From: Callorhinchus milii
Lineage: Eukaryota
NCBI RefSeq assembly: GCF_018977255.1
Contig: NW_024704743.1
Location: forward strand, 26,352,001-26,416,000
DNA length: 64,000 bases
Direction of reading: 5' to 3'
Shown here: piece after piece, positions 53,716-64,000 of the stretch
Position numbering within the stretch: position 1 is the stretch's first letter
Layout: each line of letters starts with the position of its first letter
Position numbers and translations under genes: made by a program
The notes under the pieces: model-generated
Told to the model about the DNA's origin: nothing
The model's database searches: none
The model's input: only the letters and a program-made list of their open reading frames with translations

Positions 53716-55741
53716 CAGAAACTCTTTTAAAAACAGCTTAATGGTGTGTTGAGGGGATGGTAAGCTGGGTGTTCTGGTAAGAAACCTAACCAAGATCTTG
53801 TGACCTTGTGACTTCCTTCAAGAAGTCACATTCAGCCTTCTATAACTTCCCCATTCACCTCTAAGGTGACTAATACCATAGATTTTACGTATTGTGTTAG
53901 TGACTGTTTTTCATTGATTGTTCCAGAAGCCATGAGAATTGCACAAACAATTACAGTTGGCACAGGTGTTCAATGTTTTGAGCAATCTCTGTTACAATCA
54001 ATTCATTATTTTGTCCCTTATTCTACCAGCATGCTATTTTTTGAACTCAGCCATGAACTCATTCAGGAAGCCGCTAATTGTCTCCTGAACCATAATAACA
54101 CGGGGCTATAATTAGTTGGAACATTGTGTGTTGCAATGGGTAACTAAGAAGATTCTGCCAGAATATTTTTTCCTAAACTGAAATAAACAATGCCTCCATG
54201 GTCCATATTCCATTATACCGTTATAAAACTCAGAGCTGTTATAAAACATAATATAACCATTATAATGGAATAAAACTTAGTAAGTTAATTTAAGGCAATG
54301 CTGTCATAACTTAAAATATTGATAACTTTTTATCTTATGTTGGTCTTGCAATTCACAATGGTGAGTTCATAGTTGGTTGCAGACACCACAGATGTGCCTG
54401 AGATACTAAGATCTCTTCTACCTTAAGAACAAATTCTTGTTCAACAATCAGTCTGGGGGGATATCTCCTCATTTCCTTTCTAATTTTCTTTCACTGCTGT
54501 GCTCACCTACAAAATACACAGTCACTATACTTCGCATCATATCATGTGAAATGCTTTGAAATGTCTTCCTGGTGTGAAAGGCTCAATATCAAATGCAAAC
54601 ATTATTATTCTATCCCTTATTCTACCAGCATGATATGTTTTGCTTCCCGCACCATCCATTCAGTGAAACACCTATCTGAAAGAGATTGCCAATTACGGTT
54701 GAATTAAGGACAATTTTGTGGTACAAGTCACATGCCCCATAGGGACTGAGTTCACAGCATCCAAGCTTGTGTCTTCATACGAGTCATAAACCTCCTGCTG
54801 TGGTGGATCTTGCCTGTGGTCAGGTCTTCTCACCTGCTTGACATTCCTTTCAGATGCCTCAACGGAGATCCCAAATTATCATCATACGATAAATCCTAGA
54901 ACCAAACTAGTGCCCTCTCATTCTCTACTGCAGTATTGTACTTTAGTACAACACTGGGTCTAATTTGTGATAGTTCATAACCGGATACCTTAATAATTGC
55001 AAAAATGTGGACTCCTTTCAATAACTGCATAGACAGGGACGCTGGTTCAACATGATCTACTTCTGGAGCAGAGTTCCCAGGAGTTGATGGAAATTCTGTT
55101 GGGATTCTCTAATAAGGAATCTAATTAATAAATACCTTAAATTAAACCATTATAACATGCAGTAGCAATAGATAATCTTTGCTTCGCATTGTTACCTGGT
55201 CAAATATTTCTCAATAAAGTGAGCAAATAAAAAGATGCAGACCAATGATGAGTCATGGTGTACAGCTACAGTTTGATGGAATGAGTCTCAGACAGCACTT
55301 ACACTAATAATTATTTAATCAAAGTACTGAAAGTACAGAATGACAAGATAAGAACATTGAGCAAACAATCACAAATTGAGTGATCTGACCATTTAATTTT
55401 ATTCCCTTGTGCAAGGCCCTTTTCTGTATTGCAGGGCCGTGAGGAAGCTCATGGGACATCCTTCTGACATGAAAGGATGTATGTAAATGTACATTTGTAT
55501 TGTATAACTGATTCTCTTGAAATATGTATCCTTTTTAATGCTGTAGTCTTAGCTTCAGTAGTCACCATCACAGGATCAAGCTGTTTTTTCTTCTCAATAA
55601 ATAGAGATTTCTGGCCAAAAATCACCCTTGCTGGTCACCTTCCAGTTAATAATTACCCGATGAGTAAAAAAAATACTTCCTGATGTCCTGATGTTGCCCT
55701 TTAAAACTGTACACCTGTGTCCTCTTGTTCTGCTGTCTTTG

Positions 55742-56115
55742 TGGAGTCTTGTAGATCAGTCGTTAGAGCACTCGCCTCACAAATGAGAGACCTGGATTCA
55801 ATTCCCGGCAGGGTGAAATGTTGGGCAAGTCTCCTTACTCCACATGCCTCTGTTTACCTAGCAGTAAGTAGGAACCCGGTTGTTAATTGATTGTCGTATC
55901 GCTTTTCCGGAGGTAATAATTCCTTCAAAAAAAAAAAAAAAATCGGTCACTTCAATCCATGACTGTTGTGGGGCACTGCTGTGCACAATTGGCTGCCACG
56001 TTTCGCCCACAAAATATACAGTCAATTCACTTTACGGTATATTCTGTGAAGTGTTTTGAGCTGTCTCAAAGACATGATAAAGCACTATATCAAATACAGG
56101 TATTATTATTATTGT
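55742..56115 (+). mobile_element. tRNA-derived SINE family A, long subfamily, full length
   Basis: ggagtcttgtagatcagtcgttagagcactcgcctcacaa head, ttgggcaagt...tgcctctgttt central block, internal poly-A, tail, (TTA)n. Confidence 0.88.
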
Positions 56116-57794
56116 TGCATCTAAAAGTAATGTTCTGGGTTTACTTATTTCCAATTCCTTATTTCCAGTTTAAAATCTTGTACACATCTGTAACATCACC
56201 AATTACAACTTACATTTATATAGTGCACTTCAAGTGGGGTGGTGCCTACACTTCCTCTAAGGCATCTCCTTTCAAAGACTGAAGAACCCGAGCTTTTTTA
56301 ATCAATGCTCATTGTTCGAATGCAGAGGATAATCCTCATTACTCTACTCTGCACTACCCCATTTCTCCTTATTTTGGGGCAATTAGAATTGTAGCAGTAC
56401 TTTAGGTGGGTCCGACTTCGGGAGATTTGAACTCAACTGATTTGGCAATACAGCCAAGCATCCTGTTTGCCCTGCAAATTAAGGTATAACTTTGCTATAC
56501 TTAATATTGAAGCTTAAACAGACTCAGATGGCACCAACATTTAAATTCTCCAGTAATGGTATTCTCCACAGGAAATTCACCAATACGCTATTACTACCTC
56601 CCAAATAACATTTTAAAATGGCAAAACCATGAAAGGTTTATGGAAATCTCCGAATCACGTATTAAGGAACTAAAACATTGCATTCAATCCAGAATATTGT
56701 TATGCAATTTATAAAGGGGGTGGAGGTGGGATAAGCTAAATTATATTTGTCTTTTTGATCTCAAATAAAATAATTTAAGTACATTGAAAAAAGACAGTGG
56801 GTGAAATGTTCATTAAATATTCAGAAATGACAAAGTGAGCTCATTTAGAATCTTATCGGGTGACACTAGCAGTAATCCGGCTGATATTAGTTATACATTT
56901 AAATGCTAATCCGAACATAATCCATCTTTAATAGAGCCATAGACCTTCTTTCATAAGTTGAATTTACATTCATTGTCACACTGAGCATAAAAACATCATT
57001 AGCAAGTCCCTCTCATAATAACTGATTGATGACGATGATGGGATAATACGTGGTGGAAATTATATGTTCTTATTGGCGTTCATTTTTAGCACTCATTTTT
57101 GAAGTAGTTGTAGTTTGGGTGTCCCAATGTAGTGCGCTGTATTCAACCATTACACAGGAGCAGATCCATAATAGTGGCTCTAACGCAAAGGCATCTGTAA
57201 CAATTGGACAGGTTTGTAGAAGGACTGTCTGTGTTGGGACCGATTAGAGGTTTGTTTCCCTTCTTTTCTGAATGAGTCTGAACCCCATTACATTTCATTA
57301 CAAGTTGAGAAGATCAGCAGCAAAACCAATTAAATCAAGAGACATGCTTAGGTTTTGAAAGCTTTTAGATTGCTGGAGCTGGGGGAATACTGAGAGATGT
57401 AACCAAGTTATTTAGAAACAGGTTTAAGGAAGCATCAGGTTTTCTCTGAATGTCAGTGTAAATTCCCTGTGAAATTTCAAAATTTAGGATTTTTTTATTC
57501 GAGTTTTACTATAGCTGGTAGTGGACCAAGATAAAGTATTTGCTAGACTGTTCAGAAGGAATTGCAGTTTAGTGTCAAACAATAAAAGTTTAGATCATGA
57601 AGCTTTAGCAGATGAGGTATACTTTGTGCCACATAATAATATTAATGAATATTATGCACCACCCTCCCAGTGGCCGAGCCTTAAACTACCATGCTCCTAA
57701 TCTCTGGAAATCTTTCTGTCTTCTGTCGCATCCGCTCTCCATCTGTCTTTAAAATCTGCCTAAATATTTACTTTTTTGACTATGCCTACGATCA

Positions 57795-58070
57795 GTCTGT
57801 CTGTCCAGGTGGAGGTTAAAGGAGCCATGGCAGTGTTCAAAAAGAGAAGGTACACTTTGTGCCACATAGTTTCCTGGCCAATAATCCCCCTAAGTAAAAG
57901 AAAAGTCATTCACTCCATGGCTGTTTGTGGGACATTGCAGTGTGCAAATTGGCTGTTGTGTTGGCTTATAAATATAGTTATTACACTTCATAGCAAATTC
58001 CTGTGAAGTGCTTTGAGACTTTTCAACAAAGTGACAAGGTAGTATATCAAATGCAAGGATTATTATTGTT
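57795..58070 (+). mobile_element. DeuSINE-like 3' portion
   Basis: ctgtctgtccaggtggaggttaaaggagccatggcagtgttc, then shared tail. Confidence 0.7.
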
Positions 58071-58309
58071 GTATGGCTACCAACACTTCCATTTCCTCCT
58101 TTGATTATCCGATGTGAAGGAATCTATTATAAATCCAAGTTGATGTTGTTGTAGTGTAATGAAATCTATGGGGATGTATCAAATGTTAAAGCTCAGAAGG
58201 ATTCTGAGGTTGGTGTGCGTGTTTTTCTCCAGAGTTGTACTGGTTGTCCTTATCACTAAGTTGATGGAGCAGCTTCCAAGTGTGTGTGAAGAATCAAAAT
58301 GGTGAAGTG

Positions 58310-58650
58310 GCAGGAAATCCTGTAGTGTAATAGTTAGTGTTCTTGCCTTGCAAACGACAGGAGCCAGGTGGGATGAAATCTTAGGCAAATTTCCTTACTC
58401 CATACACCTCTGTTTGTCAGCAGTAAGTAAGAGCTCGGTTGTTAGTCGATTGGCAGATTTCCTGGAGTAACAAAATAAAAAAAATGTGGTCATTCAATCT
58501 ACAACTGTTTGTGGGATGGTGCTGTGCGCAATTGGCTGTCATGTTTTACCCATAAAATGCACAGTCAATTCACTTTGCAGATATTCTGTGAAGTGCTTTG
58601 AGACGTCTCAATGAAGTGATAAGGTGCTATGTCAAATGGAAGGATTATTA
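58310..58650 (+). mobile_element. tRNA-derived SINE family A, long subfamily
   Basis: Head, ggcaaatttccttactccatacacctctgttt block, tail. Confidence 0.8.
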
Positions 58651-58877
58651 TAGAAGGATTTTCCTTTAAGAGTTTGGGTAAACTGCGTTGATTCTGAGCG
58701 CTCCAAACTTAGAATTGAGTTGTTACATATCAGCTCTGCCAGAGGTAAAGGATTTGGTTCATTACTGGTGGATCTGATACGGATGTTTGCAACCGTAGCT
58801 CGAGTGCTTCGGCTGCAGGCATCTCCTGGAATACCCAGCATTATGCTTGACCAGTGGGGAAACACACTTGCAGCACT

Positions 58878-60170
58878 TCTCTGGTCAAGGTCGCAAACGA
58901 CAAACTGTCCATCTGTGACCAGGATTTCCTCTGCCTCCTCGTCCTCCTTAACCTCTCTGCTGCCTTCGATACCGTGGACCACTCCATCCTTCTCCACCGC
59001 CTCTCACCTCAACCTTCAAGGTTCTTTCCTTGAATGGTTCAGGTCTTTTCTCTCACACCATCTCCAATTTGTCTACACCAACAAGTTCTCTTCCAGCCCC
59101 CACAGAGTCTCATGGGGTGTTCCTCAGGGCTCTGTCCTCGGTTCCCTCCTCTTCAACCTCTACATGCTCCCCCTTGGTGACATCATTGGCAGATATGGGG
59201 TCAAATTCCACATGTAGATGGATGACACCAAATTCTACCTCTCTGCCTCCACTTTCAATTCCAGGACAACTGATGTTCTGACAGACTCTCTGTCAGACAT
59301 CAATCCTGGGTGAGAGCTAACTTTCTACAGCTGAATGTCAGCGAGACTGAGGCCCTCCTGATTAGCTTGTGCCAGCGCCTCCGCACCTCAGGCACTGGCA
59401 GCACCAGCATCCATGGATGCGCACTCCACCTCACCAAGCCAGTCAGGAACCTAGGCATTTTGTTCAACCCTCAACTGTCCTTTCTTCCCCAAATCCTTGT
59501 CATGACCTGCTCTGCCTTTCCCCATCCCCACATTGGCAACATTGCCCGACTCCGTCACTACCTCACCCTTAGTGCGCCAATTCCTTCATACACACATTCG
59601 TCACCTCAAGGCTCGACTATGGAAACTCCCAACTTGTCGGCCTCCCCAACTCTTCCCTCCACCAGCTGCAGCTCGGGTCCTCTCCCGCACCAGGCTCCGT
59701 GACCCCATCACCCCCATCCTCGCCTGGCTCCACTGGCTCCCCATCCCTCAGAGGATAGAGTTCAAAATCCTCGTCCTCTCTTTCAAGGGCCTCCACGGTC
59801 TTAATGCCTCCTACCTCTCTCACTTGCTGACCCCCTATCAACCTGTCCACTCCATCCATTCAGCAGGCTCCGGCCTGCTTCAGGCCTCCCGTCAGACCCA
59901 TCCTACCATCGGTAACTGGGCTTTCAGCCTCTCTGCCCCCACTCTTTGCAACTTCATCCCACAATTCCTTCACCTTGCTCTCTCCCTTGCCTCCTTCAAG
60001 GAACAACTCAAGACCCTCCTTTTCAACTATGCCTCTTTGCCCTCCCTCATCCCAAACCTACTCCCCACCCCCATCACACATGGGTCCTGGGTCCCCGGCT
60101 GTTCAGGACCTTGGGACGTCGTCCTCCCGACGTGAAAGGCACTTTAGAAATGTAATTTTTTTGTTGTTGT
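58878..60170 (+). mobile_element. L2-clade LINE, 5'-truncated, RT to 3' tail, with frameshifts and stops
   Basis: LVKVAND, LLNLSAAFDTVDHSILLHRL, GVPQGSVLGSLLF, HM*MDDTKFY (broken YADD), WLPIPQRIEFK, tail cttgggacgtc...cccgacgtgaaaggc...(ttg)n. Confidence 0.93.
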
Positions 60171-61209
60171 AAATCAACTGAATATAGCCCCCAGACAATG
60201 GAACATCGCATCAATTGTAAAGGGTACCATTTGTGGCCTTGTGGAGGAAGTTTATCGGTGACAGATATTTAAGTGATTGGCCACCTGGGACAGTGGATGC
60301 CATTTCCAGGCCATGTGAGTTAAGCTACCTTGCCAGGTCTAACAGTGCAGCCAATTGACCCGAGTTAGGGTTAGGGTTGTGTTTCAAACAAATGAAGCAC
60401 AGTTTCATTTGTTTTCATTTCAAAACAAATGAAAGCCAAGGTGCATGACTTGGTTTTGTTTTCATTCACAAACAGTTCTAATCGCACGTAGGTCAGTCAC
60501 AGTGCACTATGTAAAAAATATCTGCAGTTCAACAACAAAAGGCTTTCCTACTATGTAGTTTAACTAGTCCGTTACTTGAGAGGCAGGAAGCATTTTATAA
60601 GCACGAAAACAGGTGGAGCTAGCCGACTGCTTTTGAGTCTGTCGTGACCTTTGTTCTATTTAATCCATCCCTCACACAGTTTAATTCCTTCTCTTCCTGC
60701 AAATGAAATGCCTGCCTGGTGTATTGGAATAGATCTCCCATTCATCTCCTTTGTAGCCGGCTTTTGTCTCCTCTCCCTTTGCGGCAGTCTGGCATTGTGG
60801 AAAGATTAGCAATTTGTGTTGCTCGGCAATTGTACATTTATGGTACAGCTAAAGTTAATAAATTATACCACCGTAAACATGTCCCCCTTTAGGGCCATCC
60901 ATCTCAGTCTTGAAACTCAACGTGCCTGGAAGAGGGAATAAAATTACTTTAGATTTCAAGCATATTGTGCCTTGTGCTAAATCACCGTGCCTGGATTACT
61001 GTCTCCATATAAAATCCAGGGTCCAATATTTTGGGGGGAAATTTTGTTCTAAATGAGCAAACCAAAGTGATCTTTTCGACTGAGTTCTGTGTCTGAGTTG
61101 TAAGTGTGATGGCATGCATGGTTCTGTAGGAGCAGATCAGAGTTTGCTACTGGTTTAAAATTCTGATGACTGATTGATTCAAGGTATCACCAGTTTTAGG
61201 GCACCCGTG

Positions 61210-61410
61210 CAGACCAGAATGTGGCAGGTTCTAATCCTGGTCCATGCTGAATTAACTGATTTCTAGACAGAAGTTGGAGGTGTTATGTTATGGCTAAGTG
61301 CTTCCAGGGCTAGGGAAGAGAAAAAAACAGCCACGATTCCTGAGAATGGGCTTGGTCTTAATTGGCTTAATAGCTCCCATGGTTGAATAACCTCCTGATA
61401 CCAATACTCA
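61210..61410 (+). mobile_element. Third old SINE-like family (weaker relatives ~30200-30470 +, ~44240-44620 -, ~26560-26760 -)
   Basis: caggttctaatcctggtccatgctgaattaactgat...gggctagggaagagaaaaaaacagcc; B-box-like head; cross-similarity judged by eye. Confidence 0.45.
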
Positions 61411-61479
61411 ATATCTTACTTAACACTGAGAGTGGCCTAACAGTTGGTGAGATAACCGTAGAAATGCACTGGTTTCGAA

Positions 61480-62010
61480 GGCAGAGAGGGAGGGGACAAG
61501 GCAAAGGGACTTCACGATGGCGTTCTGAGGGGTGAGGACAGAGTGGTTGGTTGGGTGGATTGGGCAGAGGACATGAAGGAAGCCAGTGTTCAATGAGAGG
61601 AGGGAATGGCTGGGTTGATAGGGTTGCAGGAGGTTACAGAGGTGTGTGGTGGGAGGGTGTTGAGGTATTTGAATGTGACGACAATGGTCTTGATCCATTA
61701 GGGGATGAGAATCCAGCGGAGCTGAATGAGGATGGTAATGATAGACTCACGGAGCCAGGTGCAGAAGAGGTTATGGGTTGCAGAGTTCTGGATGGTTTGC
61801 ATCTGGTGTAAGGGGGAATTGGAGAGTCCGATGAGCTGCGCATTAGAGTAGATGGGACTGGAAGTAATGAAGCTATGGGTGAGGGGCTCAGCAGCTTGGT
61901 GGGGTGGAGGGGGGAGAGCAGCTGTCAGAGTCAGGCAATGTTGCAAGGGTGAGGGAAATCAGATGTAAGGTTTGAAAGATAGTTAGAGGTTGAACAAGAC
62001 ACGAAGGTTC
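61480..62010 (-). mobile_element. L2-clade LINE fragment
   Basis: AAEPLTHSFITS..IYSNAQLIGL...MQTIQNSA...ITILIQLRWI on minus strand. Confidence 0.85.
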
Positions 62011-62084
62011 AAATATCATCTAGGTTTCACAAGGCTAAATGTCAGTTAGGATACATTCATTACATTTGCCAAATATTGTACAAT

Positions 62085-62410
62085 TAAATCAGAAGGTTGT
62101 GGGTTCAAGCCTCACTCTGGGACTTTGTGCTCAAAGTGAGAGCCTGGTTGACACTCCAATGCATTGTTGGAGCTGTGGTCATTCGGATGAGATGCTAAGC
62201 CGAAGTCCCGTCTGCCTGCTCAGGTGGACAATAAAGATCTCAGCCATTATATAATGCAGGAAGGTTGTTTCCCCTGATACTCTGGTTAACAATCACTTCA
62301 CTTCAGTTGTGGGACATAATTGTGTACATATTGACATCTGTGGGCTATAAATTACACAGTCCTATCGAAGCACTTTATGGATTGATAAGGTACTATATTA
62401 GATTATTACT
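62085..62410 (+). mobile_element. DeuSINE-like copy
   Basis: aatcagaaggttgtgggttcaag...ttcggatgagatgctaagccgaagtcccgtctgcctgctcaggtggac. Confidence 0.78.
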
Positions 62411-64000
62411 ATGTGCTAAATTTCCTTTATGAGAAAGCATGGTCATAAAAGCATGTTAAAAACAGGATGCATGATAGACTTTGCCTGTTATATAAAAAAA
62501 AGTCTATTAAACACTTACTAACAAAGGGCTGCTTGTCTCTGGAGTGTATCAGGAGGTAAATTCACCTCAGCCCATATGAAAACCTCAAAATGACCAACTG
62601 CTCCATTGGCAAAATATGAGCTGCTCCATGCCACATTATACTTGAAGTGCTCACAGTTTGTAGCCCAGTGCAAATCATTTGACAGGTCGAAGAGATTTAC
62701 ACAGGGCAAATAAAGAAACCAGGCTTTGAGCACACAATGCCAACCAGCACAGGGAGGGTTGTAGCTGATGCAAATGAGAGTTACTGTGTGTGTGTATAGG
62801 GTGGTGGTGGGAGGCAGCTTTACATCAGTCTCTGACAGTTGGCAAATACATTCCTTATTTCCTGCTCAGTATTCATCAGGTCACCGTGGTTCAATAACAG
62901 CGGAGAGGCACACAGTGCTGTGAGGATGCTGGAATGAATGTCACTTCTTCAGTTCCAGGGGCACTAACACCATTTGAAGGAGTCATTTTTCAGTGAAATT
63001 TAATTTGCCTTTGGCATTTGGGATGGAATCAGTGAAGTAAGATGGAATGCAAGGTAAGATACTGGAGAAGTTTATGAAAGATGTAAAAGTAAACTGACTT
63101 ATTGTTTTGGAGAAATGTCTGGGAGGCTGTTCACTTACTGCTAGCTTTGGTGAGCTTGGTAGCTGAAGCATCAAGAATAGGCTTTTACTAAAAAAAACAG
63201 GGCAATTCTAGCAATGAAAACAGTGAGACAGATTGCAAAGTTGTATTGTGTGGAGCTGGCTCAGTTTTCAGAGTGCGAAACGCATTGAAAATGGGAAATG
63301 ACATTTTCTGAATTGAGTTATTTTTTGCAATGGAACAGTAAAGTTTTACATATAGTCATGACAAAGCAAACATTAAGTGCTCGTCTCAGAGTCTCAGAAC
63401 TTGCTGAATAAATCTGTGATAACATTGAAAATGCAACGATTGTTTCCCCCAATTGACTCGTTTCTCTGCCTGTTGCTTTCTCACGTTACAACAGTGACAA
63501 GTGAATCAGTTAACCAGAATCTAACAAGATTAGCTGGCAATGCAGAGTCGAACAACTTAGTGAACATATCCCTTGTTGCTGGATCCCGGACTGATTTGTG
63601 CTGAATTTCTTCTGTTCTCTATGTGTTGTGCAACATGCGGGCTTTTAATCCAAATACAAGGTTTTTAGGCCGTGAGATTTATACAATGCCCCCCTTAAAA
63701 CGTAAAGGAATTTGAGCTGGGCATCTAACAAAGTTCTGTCAGAATGCGTTATGAAAAGCACAGTGGGAGTTGCTGTCCTAAGCATTTGTCTGCTCATAGA
63801 AATTCATCTGAAGAACCAGATTCCAAAAAGAACTCCTGGCTTGTAGTGCCAAGCATCATTTAAAATGAAGAGAGAAGGTTGGGGGGGGGGGGGGGGGGGA
63901 TGGGGACCTGTTGGAAATACAGGAAGAACAATGAAGTGCAAAGCTGCAACTTGCCAGAAAGAAATCTTTTTTGAAAAAAAAAGTTTGAAATGTTGTCGCT

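Noticed and set aside
58720..60135. ORFs of 130-200 aa as a functional reverse transcriptase gene
   Set aside because: Frameshifted, 5'-truncated L2 copy with a stop at the catalytic YADD position.
60365..60376. Telomere-like (TTAGGG)2
   Set aside because: Only two units; too short to call an interstitial telomeric site.

Overview
Eukaryotic, AT-rich, repeat-dense vertebrate DNA. The repeat content (DeuSINE-like and other tRNA-derived SINEs, L2, CR1) suggests a cartilaginous fish; this is inference. The only protein-coding gene I can support is the Na+/H+ exchanger NHE3 (slc9a3) on the + strand. Coding exons 2-16 (3157-29829) were reconstructed by hand with canonical GT-AG junctions and continuous frame; exon 1 lies upstream of the window. 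The most notable structure is the 3' end. The last intron splits the final Met codon (AT|G TAA), and both its donor and its ~100-bp acceptor region are duplicated. The distal terminal exon (from 32258) is dual-frame: joined to exon 16 it supplies only G-TAA (...ESTLM*), but joined to exon 15 it opens a 187-codon tail ending in a different PDZ-type motif (...EETQF*). Exon 14 carries a 7 x 12-nt coding repeat, and two known regulatory phospho-motifs are altered. After a ~3-kb repeat-poor putative 3'UTR (to ~35.8 kb), the rest is intergenic with decayed LINEs/SINEs and one candidate cis-regulatory block near 60.2-61.1 kb. Repeat boundaries are approximate and family names come from recalled motifs, not searches.
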